A stretch of 64,000 bases of DNA from a virus. This document shows, one piece after another, positions 10,479 through 19,301 of this stretch. Each line of letters starts with the position of its first letter. Positions within the stretch are counted from its first letter, which is position 1. The translations under genes and the position numbers were made by a program. The stretch is taken from positions 11,638 through 75,637 of IMG/VR virus record IMGVR_UViG_3300025467_000013. One strand, 5' to 3'. The notes beneath the pieces are model-generated. The model saw only the letters and a program-made list of their open reading frames with translations. It was not told the DNA's origin and ran no database searches.

Positions 10479-12626
10479 TTAACTAAAAAGATTTTTAACG
10501 TTAAACATTACATCTGGTCCACCTTTATTTGGATTTTCTTGTTGGGGTCTTCTCATACCATGTAACTCTTGAGTGAATTTACCATCTTTGAGACGACTCA
10601 CTACTTTTGTAACTTTATAGATCCCACTAAAATGAATTACAGGAGCAACTTTGCTATTGCCTCCGAAATCATATAAACCAGTTGCTTGATTTAAATCTAA
10701 AGGTGAACGAAAATTAACTTCAATATCAACTTCACTGCTTTGATAATTCACAGACATATCAGAATTTAAATCTTTATATTGTGTCGGTGTAGATGTATAA
10801 TTTCCCATTCCGCTGTGAGGTATCCAATACGGATCTCCTAAAATTTTCATATCTAAATTTACCATTTCCATTGGGTTTGTAAGAGCGTCTAAAAAGGTTC
10901 GACCTGCTCTGTTTCCTTGATTTTCTTGACCACCACCACCTTGATGATCAGTAGTAGTTGTAGTATTGGTGTATCTAACTTGAGATGGTAGGACTCCTGG
11001 TTCAGATGACGGTGCTAATCCAGAAAATAACGGCTTAACGAACGAAAATAGAGAACTTAACCAATCAATTGCTTCCATAACCCCGGCTCCAAACTCTGCG
11101 GCAGTTAATACATCCTGCGATCTTGCTAAATTATCTGCGGGCATTAATCGAGCAAATGAGTTACTAAAGTCAATGTTAAATTCCAATACTTCGGTGTTAT
11201 TTCCAGTATAGATATAATCGTATCTTTTAATAATCTCTGATTGAATTTTATCGTATCCCGGTGGACGTACATTCGGCGCAGATAATACGCCGCCGTGTGC
11301 TTTATACGGCATTATTCTATAAACAATCACTTTTGGTGTTGTACCTGTTTTTGCTAAGTTAGCATCGTCTTTAATAAAATATGTTTGTGTATCTAAAACC
11401 CACCATTGACGCATACCTTTTTCGTCTATCGCATCCATGCCGAGTGCAGTTTTAGGATATTCACTTTGCAATATTACATTATTAATAATCTGCTCGATGT
11501 ACTGAGTTGATGCATATGTGTGAGTACTATCAGCTGGATCAAATTGAACATTACCATTATTCCAAATTTTAGCAGTTTCGTCATATACTTTATTTTCATC
11601 ATTAACTGACGCAGATGCTTTTCTATCCGACGAAACCATTTTTGCTTGACCAATAGCATTAGTAGTCACATTTGATCCTGTTGACGAAGTTGCACCCATT
11701 CCTAATACCGAACTTAAATCTCCGCCATTGATTACAGCAGATGGTGATACTGTAGAAGTTAGTGCTGAAGTTATGCTAGAGTTTTGCGACGATGTCTGTG
11801 GCTTATCAGGAAACATAATAACGTATTTCGTTGGCGTAGATTCTATACCGTCGTCGACTAACTGTTTAGCTCTTGCATTTAACACCGCTTGCAAACTTTT
11901 TTCCCCAGTTTGCAATATTTCTTGAACTGTTTTTCCTTTAATTGTTGTATCGCTTTTTGTTTTTGCATGTTCGGTAGAATGTGCCTTGCCGTTAGTAACC
12001 AATGCTTCACAATTATATGTTGTTCCTTTCTCACTTGCTTTAATTCCAAAATGTTTAAAATGTATCGGAATATATCGGGTGGTACTAGGAATATTTACAG
12101 GTGCACCGTTTTGTTGCCATCCTCTAAACTCAATCGTTATTAGATAAGGAGCTTCCATCCAATTTTTCCACCCTGCATCATTTGCTGCTTTTTGAACTGC
12201 TAATACAAACATTCCCATACTGTAAGGTTCGTAAATATCAAAAGTTGCATTTGATGTGTAACTATTGTGATGTTGAAAACCAATAATGCTATCTAATGTT
12301 AAATTATCGATAAAGAAATCAAACTGACCATATTGAGTTTGCACTCTATTTGCAGGATCAGCACTAGCCGATTTACATATTAACTCAATACGCTGTCCTA
12401 TCATGTACGTACTGTCTGGGTTATTAAATTGATCGTGTGTTAAAACACCTAATCCTAAAATATAATCGTGAGTTGCATAATTTGATAATTCATTAGGAAG
12501 TGGTAAATTAAGATTTCCTATAGTATTAATAATGCCGTTAGAAAAAGACGAAACTGCATTAGAAACACTCGAAGTTAGTGAAGAAATATCTGTTATTACT
12601 GCCGATGTTGAATCGAAAATACTCAT
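10479..12626 (-). CDS. Baseplate hub/tail protein (gp27/late control D-like position)
   Basis: C-terminal ILGDPYWI and FSGIYKVTKVVSRLKDGKFTQEL motifs typical of hub proteins; lies between gp53 and gp5. Confidence 0.6.
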   Translation of the reverse strand: MSIFDSTSAVITDISSLTSSVSNAVSSFSNGIINTIGNLNLPLPNELSNYATHDYILGLGVLTHDQFNNPDSTYMIGQRIELICKSASADPANRVQTQYGQFDFFIDNLTLDSIIGFQHHNSYTSNATFDIYEPYSMGMFVLAVQKAANDAGWKNWMEAPYLITIEFRGWQQNGAPVNIPSTTRYIPIHFKHFGIKASEKGTTYNCEALVTNGKAHSTEHAKTKSDTTIKGKTVQEILQTGEKSLQAVLNARAKQLVDDGIESTPTKYVIMFPDKPQTSSQNSSITSALTSTVSPSAVINGGDLSSVLGMGATSSTGSNVTTNAIGQAKMVSSDRKASASVNDENKVYDETAKIWNNGNVQFDPADSTHTYASTQYIEQIINNVILQSEYPKTALGMDAIDEKGMRQWWVLDTQTYFIKDDANLAKTGTTPKVIVYRIMPYKAHGGVLSAPNVRPPGYDKIQSEIIKRYDYIYTGNNTEVLEFNIDFSNSFARLMPADNLARSQDVLTAAEFGAGVMEAIDWLSSLFSFVKPLFSGLAPSSEPGVLPSQVRYTNTTTTTDHQGGGGQENQGNRAGRTFLDALTNPMEMVNLDMKILGDPYWIPHSGMGNYTSTPTQYKDLNSDMSVNYQSSEVDIEVNFRSPLDLNQATGLYDFGGNSKVAPVIHFSGIYKVTKVVSRLKDGKFTQELHGMRRPQQENPNKGGPDVMFNVKNLFS

Positions 12627-12627
12627 T

Positions 12628-12927
12628 TTATATTCCTAAAACTGTTTTTAAACTGCTGCCTTTTGGAATGTATATCGATACTCCTGGAACAAAATCAAAT
12701 ATAGGATCTTGTAACACATTTAAATTTCGTTGAATAAAAACCCACCATAGTTGAGGAGACCCGTATAAATCGTATGCTAACAAGTCTGGCCTATATGTGT
12801 ATTGTGCCTCAATGGTATAAAGGAAATCATCCGGTTCTGCACTAACTGGCCTGATCGATAATATATCAAGATAGTTATTAGTGATAGGTGTTGTATACCA
12901 AGGACTAGTATTACTATAAGTTGCCAT
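12628..12927 (-). CDS. gp53: Baseplate wedge subunit gp53-like (LysM-like)
   Basis: YRPDLLAYDLYGSPQLWWVF...N..DPIFDF motif. Confidence 0.85.
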   Translation of the reverse strand: MATYSNTSPWYTTPITNNYLDILSIRPVSAEPDDFLYTIEAQYTYRPDLLAYDLYGSPQLWWVFIQRNLNVLQDPIFDFVPGVSIYIPKGSSLKTVLGI

Positions 12928-13940
12928 TACATATACCCAAAATAATTATTAATATATCCGCCTGAGACAAATTGATCTAAACTAAATTGTCTAATACTTG
13001 TCCTACTATATACTGCTCGAACACTTATTGTAAATGTGCTTGCAGTTGGGACATATGCTAACCCGCCGCTAACTGTCCCTCCGATATTATATGCACTTAA
13101 CATGCTAGAAACTTGTCCAACTCCTCCAGCAATTCCGTTAACTAATCCGGTGATGCCTGACAGGCCTGGTATAGCTGAGCCGACGGTGTTTGCAACATTA
13201 CCGATTGCATTAGAAATATTAGCAATGTTACCTGCTTCTGTACCAACAACAGGAGTACTAATGTAATCACAATCTTTTGGGAGAGTAACATCAACTGTTT
13301 CAACTACAACCGGGATGTTTTTAAACACATAATTTCCGTACCCATTTAAAAACACAACCGGAGGAGGATTACCAGCAAGCGCATCATATCCCATAAACAT
13401 CTTAGTTATTGATCTAAAATAATGTAAAGATGCTAACCAATATAATGCCTGTGTCGGATCTTCAACATTCATCGGTGCAGTGATTTGAATTTTTTGAGGT
13501 TCGGAAAATTTAAAATAATTAATAGAAAAATTATTATGCATAGTCGGTTCGTGCCCATACGTTGCAACAGATTGCATTGTTATTTCAGGTGTATATGGAA
13601 ATATCATGCCTCCTGCATCACGTAATGGTTTAAGAACTGGGCTATCAATAAAACTAATCCAATTAGGAAGACTTAATCTTACACGAAAATCATTAGGATT
13701 GTCATTGTTAGAAAACATCGATACTGCACTAACTACACTACCGACTGCTTCCCCTGCGGCAGGCAAGTTGATACTTCTAATGGCGCTTGAAATATCGCCC
13801 GACTGTAGTGCTGAACTAATTGCAGATCCTAATCTACCTGCGGTTCCTACTGCATTGGCTACAGAACCGAATACTGCACCCGAAGTTGCAATAGTTGAGG
13901 TACTTGATTGACCAGTATTAAATTGTTGAAGTGTAGTCAT
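12927..13940 (-). CDS. Tail tube initiator / baseplate-tube junction protein (gp48/gp54-like)
   Basis: IFPYTPEI and GNPPPVVFLNGYGNYVFKNIPVVV motifs of tube-fold proteins; first gene of the baseplate operon. Confidence 0.6.
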   Translation of the reverse strand: MTTLQQFNTGQSSTSTIATSGAVFGSVANAVGTAGRLGSAISSALQSGDISSAIRSINLPAAGEAVGSVVSAVSMFSNNDNPNDFRVRLSLPNWISFIDSPVLKPLRDAGGMIFPYTPEITMQSVATYGHEPTMHNNFSINYFKFSEPQKIQITAPMNVEDPTQALYWLASLHYFRSITKMFMGYDALAGNPPPVVFLNGYGNYVFKNIPVVVETVDVTLPKDCDYISTPVVGTEAGNIANISNAIGNVANTVGSAIPGLSGITGLVNGIAGGVGQVSSMLSAYNIGGTVSGGLAYVPTASTFTISVRAVYSRTSIRQFSLDQFVSGGYINNYFGYM

Positions 13941-13960
13941 TTTTCGTCCTTTTGGTATAA

Positions 13961-13967
13961 TATTTAG
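13961..13967 (-). promoter_or_regulatory. Late promoter (CTAAATA) for the baseplate operon
   Basis: TAAATA core 20 nt upstream of the ATG at 13940. Confidence 0.5.
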
Positions 13968-13996
13968 TTGACTTTTTAATGTGCGTATATTATAAT
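13968..13996 (+). promoter_or_regulatory. Sigma70-type promoter TTGACT-N17-TATAAT driving gp55
   Basis: -35 TTGACT at 13968-13973, 17-nt spacer, -10 TATAAT at 13991-13996; GGAG RBS before the ATG at 14020. Confidence 0.75.
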
Positions 13997-14019
13997 TTTA
14001 GTAATGGAGAAACAAATTA

Positions 14020-14847
14020 ATGTTACAAAAAGTAAATTATCTCAATAACAAGGATATGTTATTAGAGATACATAGATCAAAGACATCATATTGTAGTTTT
14101 ATAAAACCAGAATATCACCAATACGATATTATCTTACCTAGTTTAGATAAGATTAATATTAGAACTGTTGCTGATGCAAAACGAAATCAAGCAAAAAGGC
14201 TCGGTGAAGCAGAGTATATTCGTCGCAAAACAGCCGGCGAAAAAGTCAAACAAGCAGAGTGCGAAGTAGATTATAAAAAAATCGCAAAAACTGACTTGAT
14301 CTTTAGAATAATGTCGTTTGACCATATTCCTACCAATTCTATCCGCAAGAAAAATCCAAAAAGTGTTGCAGACAGACACGAAAAAGTTAATTTTCCCCCG
14401 TTTCAACATTGGCGATTTAATGATAACGATGAATTAGAATGTGTAGGCAAGAGTCATTGGCGCGGTGATTTGTTGACTGGCGAATTTGACAAAAATAGAG
14501 GAAAAATCACGGACAATTTAGCTCGCATGATGATTAAATTATGTGAACGATACGCTACTAGAGGCAATGTTCGCGGGTATACTTACAACGACGAAATGCG
14601 CGGGCAAGCAATCTTACAATTAACACAAATCGGTTTACAATTTGATGAAAGTAAATCCGATAATCCATTTGCTTACTTCACAGCAGCCGTTACTAATAGT
14701 TTTGTTCGTGTTATTAATATCGAAAAGCGTAATCAAAATATTCGAGACGATATTTTAGAAATGAACGGGATGAATCCAAGTTATACTCGTACAGGAGATG
14801 CAGAATATGAATATGCACTTAAAAGATACAACGAGGACCAAGAATGA
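14020..14847 (+). CDS. gp55: Late-transcription sigma factor (T4 gp55-like)
   Basis: N-terminal NYLNNKD; RGYTYNDEM...FDESKSDNPFAYFT...F...INIEKR motif; upstream of gp47/gp46 as in T4-like phages. Confidence 0.88.
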   Translation: MLQKVNYLNNKDMLLEIHRSKTSYCSFIKPEYHQYDIILPSLDKINIRTVADAKRNQAKRLGEAEYIRRKTAGEKVKQAECEVDYKKIAKTDLIFRIMSFDHIPTNSIRKKNPKSVADRHEKVNFPPFQHWRFNDNDELECVGKSHWRGDLLTGEFDKNRGKITDNLARMMIKLCERYATRGNVRGYTYNDEMRGQAILQLTQIGLQFDESKSDNPFAYFTAAVTNSFVRVINIEKRNQNIRDDILEMNGMNPSYTRTGDAEYEYALKRYNEDQE

Positions 14848-15071
14848 TAATTGATTTAAAAGATCCAAGAGTTAATAAAGCAATCGAACTGGTACAAGAT
14901 AAGCATAATGTTCCTTTTGGGAGAGAATTTGAAAGAATCTTCGAAGAACAGTATCATTGTAAAATAGTCCCAGAACCGGGTGATTGGTCATGTACTAGAG
15001 GGTCGTTATATATTTCCGAAGACAAATATGCAAATTGGTTTGTATTACAATTTGGGCATGGTGGAAAATGA
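14844..15071 (+). CDS. Small hypothetical protein (C-terminal WFxLxF/W motif)
   Basis: ATGA-coupled to the gp55 stop; 75 aa. Confidence 0.7.
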   Translation: MIIDLKDPRVNKAIELVQDKHNVPFGREFERIFEEQYHCKIVPEPGDWSCTRGSLYISEDKYANWFVLQFGHGGK

Positions 15072-15307
15072 AATTTAAAATCGACGAATTAGAAGAATTA
15101 TATAACAAATACTTATTTGCAACAGCCGATGTTCCAACTATGAATGCTATTATGATGGAACTTAGACAACTTGAAGAAAAGTATAACTATAGGTTTACTA
15201 TCACTGCGGTTCCTAAAGAACACGACAGCGAACTATCATTTCAACTGTCATTCAAAACACCTGCAGATAGAAATTGGTTTGCATTAAAGTGGGGTGTAAG
15301 TGAGTAA
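15068..15307 (+). CDS. Small hypothetical protein (C-terminal WFALKW motif); true start probably 15068, not 15035
   Basis: ATG at 15068 overlaps the previous TGA (ATGA); MKFKIDELEE...NWFALKWGVSE. Confidence 0.7.
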   Translation: MKFKIDELEELYNKYLFATADVPTMNAIMMELRQLEEKYNYRFTITAVPKEHDSELSFQLSFKTPADRNWFALKWGVSE

Positions 15308-16313
15308 CTTATTCAAAAAAGTAGCCTGTTTTACCGATATTCATTTTGGATTAAAGTCAAACAGCGCGGTACATAATCAAGATTGTGAAGATTTTGTTGA
15401 TTGGTATATTAAAAAAGCAAAAGAGGAAGATTGTGATACAGGAATCTTTCTCGGTGACTGGCATCATAATCGTAATAGTTTGAATATTACAACAATGACT
15501 TCTAGTCTACGTGCTTTAGAAAAGTTAGGTCAAGCATTTGATCAATTTTTCTTTTTTCCAGGTAATCACGATTTATACTATAAGGATAAGAGAGATATCC
15601 ACAGCGTAGAGTTCGGCAAACATGTACCGGGAATTACAATTGTAGATAAACCTACTACCATTGGCGATGTAACCCTTTGTCCGTGGTTAGTAGGTGACGA
15701 ATGGAAATCTATAGGCAAAAAGCCTAGCAAATACTTGTTTGGGCATTTTGAATTACCACACTTCTTTATGAACGCTATGGTACAAATGCCCGATCATGGA
15801 GAAATGCAACCGGATCAGTTAACTAGATATGAAAAAGTTTTTAGCGGCCACTTTCACAAAAGACAAAATAATAATAATATTCACTATATTGGCAATGCTT
15901 TCCCACATAATTATTCAGATACTTGGGATGATGCCCGGGGAATGATGGTAATGGAATGGGGCAGTGAACCAGAATTCTTTACTTGGGATAATCAACCCAC
16001 GTTTAGAACTGTTAAACTAAGCCAACTAATCGACGATGCGGATAATTTACTCAAGGCTAAGCAACATTTAAGAGTCAATCTTGATATCGATATTAGTTTC
16101 GAAGAAGCAAGTTTTATTAAAGAAAATTTTATTACCAATTATAATTTAAGAGAATTAACTTTGATCACAGAACGGCGAGCAGTTGAATTAACTGAAGAAT
16201 TTGATGTACAATCATTCGAATCAGTGGATCAAATTGTTACCAATCAGCTTGTAAGTATTCAATCTGACAAGTATAATACTAACACACTACTAGATATCTA
16301 TAATAATTTATGA
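15300..16313 (+). CDS. gp47: Mre11/SbcD-like recombination nuclease
   Basis: Metallophosphoesterase motifs DIHFG, GDWHH, GNHD, GHF, SGHFH. Confidence 0.93.
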   Translation: MSNLFKKVACFTDIHFGLKSNSAVHNQDCEDFVDWYIKKAKEEDCDTGIFLGDWHHNRNSLNITTMTSSLRALEKLGQAFDQFFFFPGNHDLYYKDKRDIHSVEFGKHVPGITIVDKPTTIGDVTLCPWLVGDEWKSIGKKPSKYLFGHFELPHFFMNAMVQMPDHGEMQPDQLTRYEKVFSGHFHKRQNNNNIHYIGNAFPHNYSDTWDDARGMMVMEWGSEPEFFTWDNQPTFRTVKLSQLIDDADNLLKAKQHLRVNLDIDISFEEASFIKENFITNYNLRELTLITERRAVELTEEFDVQSFESVDQIVTNQLVSIQSDKYNTNTLLDIYNNL

Positions 16314-18088
16314 CTCTCCTTAAGACATTAACTGTTAAAAACTTTATGAGCGTGGGTAATCAAACCCAAGCAGTACGACTTGACTCTGAACATCTTACAC
16401 TTGTATTAGGTGAAAACTTAGATATGGGTGGCGATGATTCGGGGTCTCGTAACGGTACAGGTAAAACTACAATTCTTAACGCTTTGAGTTACGCATTATA
16501 CGGTACTGCTCTAACAAACATTAAAAAAGATAACTTGATTAACAAAATTAACAATAAAAATATGTTAGTTACGTTAACTTTTGAAAAAGATGGTAACAAA
16601 TATCGAATCGAACGCGGCAGAAAACCCAATATTCTTAAGTTCTATGTCAATGATGAAGAACAATCTAGTAACGACAATGACGAAGCACAAGGCGATAGCA
16701 GGGAAACACAAAAAGATTTTCATATCTTATTCGGTATGAAGCATCTAATGTTTAAGCATATCGTAGGGCTTAACACATACACCGAACCGTTCTTATCGAT
16801 GCGGGCAAACGATCAAAGAGAAATTATTGAAGAACTGCTCGGGATCACATTGCTTTCTGAAAAGGCTGAAGCACTTAAACTTCTAACCAAAGAAGTTAAA
16901 GACGAGATCATGCGAGAAACTGCTAACATTGAAGCAATTAAAAAGGCAAATGAAAAGATCGACCTTAGTATTAGTAGTTTGAAAACTAAACAGTCTGCAT
17001 GGAATAATCAAAACCAAGATGCAATTAATAAGATCGCACTCGCTATTGCCGACCTACAAGATGTAGATATCGAAAAAGAACTTGAATTACATGCAAAACA
17101 ATCAACATATGACGATGTAAAAAAGCAAATTACCAGTCTTAATAAAGAAAAAGCCACCCTTGAATCGGCATTAGTACAAGCACAACGTAGTGTTGATCGT
17201 TATACAAAGGAATTAGAAACACTTAGTAATCACAAATGCCACGCATGTGAACAAGACTTGCAAGATCATAAGCAAGTTGAATTATTTTCTATTGCAAATA
17301 AGAATTTACTTGAATCATTTAATTATCTTGACGAAGTAAGCGCACAATATGCAACTATTAAGACAGAACTTGATAAAATTGGCGAGATTGGCATGCGACC
17401 CGAGACATATTACGATACTTTAGAGCAAGCTATGTCGCATCAAAATAATTTATCGGTATTAGAGAACCAATTAGAAACAAAACTTAACGAAACTGATCCG
17501 TATCAAGAACAAATTGATGAGTTAACTAATACTGCATTGCAAGATGTTTCGTGGACCGAGGTTAATACCTTAACGGAAATGAAAGATCACCAAGAATTTT
17601 TGTTAAAGCTATTAACTAACAAAGATTCGTTTATCCGTAAGAAGATTATTGATCAAAATCTTGCGTATTTGAATAATCGATTAAGTTATTATCTAGATAG
17701 AATGGGATTACCACACCTTGTTGTATTTCAAAACGACTTAACTGTCGAAATTACCCAGTTAGGACAAGATTTAGACTTTGATAACTTGTCTAGAGGAGAA
17801 AGAAATCGACTTATCCTTGGATTATCATGGGCGTTTCGCGATGTATGGGAAAGTTTGTACCAAGGTATTAATTTAATGTTCGTAGACGAGCTTATTGACA
17901 ATGGATTAGATGCAATTGGCGTTGAAAATGCGTTATCTGTACTCAAGCAAATGGGCAGAGAACGTAACAAGAACATATTTTTGATTAGTCATAAGGATGA
18001 ACTAGTCGGAAGAGTTAATAACGTATTAAAGGTTATTAAAGAAAATGGGTTTACTTCGTACAGTAACGATATTGATGTAATAGAATGA
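16310..18088 (+). CDS. gp46: Rad50/SbcC-like recombination ATPase
   Basis: Walker A NGTGKT, coiled coil with CHAC zinc hook, signature LSRGE, Walker B MFVDE, ISH. Confidence 0.94.
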   Translation: MTLLKTLTVKNFMSVGNQTQAVRLDSEHLTLVLGENLDMGGDDSGSRNGTGKTTILNALSYALYGTALTNIKKDNLINKINNKNMLVTLTFEKDGNKYRIERGRKPNILKFYVNDEEQSSNDNDEAQGDSRETQKDFHILFGMKHLMFKHIVGLNTYTEPFLSMRANDQREIIEELLGITLLSEKAEALKLLTKEVKDEIMRETANIEAIKKANEKIDLSISSLKTKQSAWNNQNQDAINKIALAIADLQDVDIEKELELHAKQSTYDDVKKQITSLNKEKATLESALVQAQRSVDRYTKELETLSNHKCHACEQDLQDHKQVELFSIANKNLLESFNYLDEVSAQYATIKTELDKIGEIGMRPETYYDTLEQAMSHQNNLSVLENQLETKLNETDPYQEQIDELTNTALQDVSWTEVNTLTEMKDHQEFLLKLLTNKDSFIRKKIIDQNLAYLNNRLSYYLDRMGLPHLVVFQNDLTVEITQLGQDLDFDNLSRGERNRLILGLSWAFRDVWESLYQGINLMFVDELIDNGLDAIGVENALSVLKQMGRERNKNIFLISHKDELVGRVNNVLKVIKENGFTSYSNDIDVIE

Positions 18089-18339
18089 AATTAAGCGACG
18101 ACGATGTTCATGATGAGCTAATGGATGCTATTAGAGCTTACTATAAAGCGCATCATGAGTGGGTTAATAAAGGCACAAGACAGGCAGGAAAGCGAACTAG
18201 ATGGTGGCTTTCCGAAATTAGGCGTATAGCAAAGGCACAACGTAAGGTCATCATGGATTGGCGTTACGATATAGACGAGAAAAAGCGAATTAAAAAGGCT
18301 CAAAAACAACAGGCACAGGGAAAGAACGATGATAATTAG
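18085..18339 (+). CDS. Small basic protein, Hc1 (histone H1-like) resemblance
   Basis: KGTRQAGKRTRWWLSEIRRIAKAQRKVI resembles the KGNKAAGxRARK.L..I....K..RK.I pattern; K/R-rich; ATGA-coupled to gp46. Confidence 0.55.
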   Translation: MKLSDDDVHDELMDAIRAYYKAHHEWVNKGTRQAGKRTRWWLSEIRRIAKAQRKVIMDWRYDIDEKKRIKKAQKQQAQGKNDDN

Positions 18340-18342
18340 TTC

Positions 18343-18768
18343 GTGTCATGGTATTATAAGAAAAAACTTGTCAAAGAACTACCGCAAGATTGCGTAGGCT
18401 TTGTCTATCTCATCACGAATAATATCACTGGTCGGAAGTATATCGGAAAAAAATTAGCGCAATTCTCTAAAACAACTTATAAAACAGTGACACTTAAAAA
18501 CGGCACAAAAAAGAAAAAGAGAATTAAAACTAAGATAGAATCCGACTGGAGAGATTATTACGGTTCAAATGACCAACTAAACAAAGACGTTCAACAGTTA
18601 GGCGCAGACAAATTCACAAGAGAAATACTTTTTTATTGCAAATCTAAGGCAGAATGTAGTTATGTAGAGGCTCGAGAACAATTTAGTAGACGAGTACTGG
18701 AATCAAACGACTATTATAATGGTCATATCCAGGTTCGGGTCCACGGTTCTCATATTTTAAAATCATAA
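18343..18768 (+). CDS. GIY-YIG endonuclease (T4 endonuclease II/DenA-like, stand-alone catalytic domain)
   Basis: GFVYLITN...KYIGKK, YYGS, F.REIL, E...Q, YYN motifs; GTG start. Confidence 0.85.
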   Translation: MSWYYKKKLVKELPQDCVGFVYLITNNITGRKYIGKKLAQFSKTTYKTVTLKNGTKKKKRIKTKIESDWRDYYGSNDQLNKDVQQLGADKFTREILFYCKSKAECSYVEAREQFSRRVLESNDYYNGHIQVRVHGSHILKS

Positions 18769-18779
18769 CAGGCATTAAC

Positions 18780-19285
18780 TCTACCAATTAAGCTCGCACT
18801 GGCGTCAATAAAGTGCCCTTTAAGTTGGACCTCGGGTCTCAATGACGGAATTCCTTGTTTGGTAGCGGGGTTATAAGTCAGTATCCTTAACAGGACCACG
18901 ATCGGATGCGCCTTTAACCGGTTTGACTTATAAGAAAAAGTTTTACACAGGCTAAAAGAGAGGCTAGCAGCCTCACGACTGCACTGATGTTAGTGTATTT
19001 TTGCAGTCCGCCGTCATTATGAAAACAGAATGAGTAGGTACCGGATGACCGCCTACGGAATGTATTATAAAGATGACAAAAATTAAATTTATTGTTATTT
19101 TTATAGTGCATTGTAGTTCTAACACTAAGTGATATTGTTCAACTCGGATAATGTCTTGTAGTTTCGCTCGGCAACGGGCGAAATGTGATTGAACAATCTG
19201 GATAATATCTAAAAGTGCTTCGCACAATCATTATAAAAATAATAGTTCGAGCGATAGCGAAGAACAGATGAACGTAGTTCATCTT
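18780..19285 (+). ncRNA. Putative large, ornate structured non-coding RNA (unassigned family)
   Basis: At least 12 helices found by eye, with strand-specific G-U wobbles, a GNRA loop and 3 candidate pseudoknots, in a ~550-nt gap with no credible ORF (see findings). Confidence 0.75.
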
Positions 19286-19293
19286 AACACTGT

Positions 19294-19301
19294 TATAAAT
19301 A
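19294..19301 (+). promoter_or_regulatory. Late promoter TATAAATA
   Basis: Perfect T4 late consensus 20 nt upstream of the ATG at 19322, followed by an AGGA RBS. Confidence 0.75.

Noticed and set aside
15035-15067. N-terminal extension MVCITIWAWWK of the 90-aa ORF
   Set aside because: It overlaps the previous gene; the ATGA-coupled start at 15068 is more plausible
18343-19285. Group I intron carrying a GIY-YIG homing endonuclease
   Set aside because: No interrupted host gene: the flanking ORFs are complete, and the downstream one has its own promoter. Canonical P/Q/R/S elements are not recognisable; GACTGCA/TGCAGTC only superficially resembles P7. The nuclease looks like stand-alone EndoII type.
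18780-19285. tmRNA, RNase P RNA, tRNA or group II intron
   Set aside because: No tRNA-like acceptor/T-arm with CCA, no GAGGAAAGUCC-type RNase P motif and no domain V consensus seen by eye; an Rfam search is still needed
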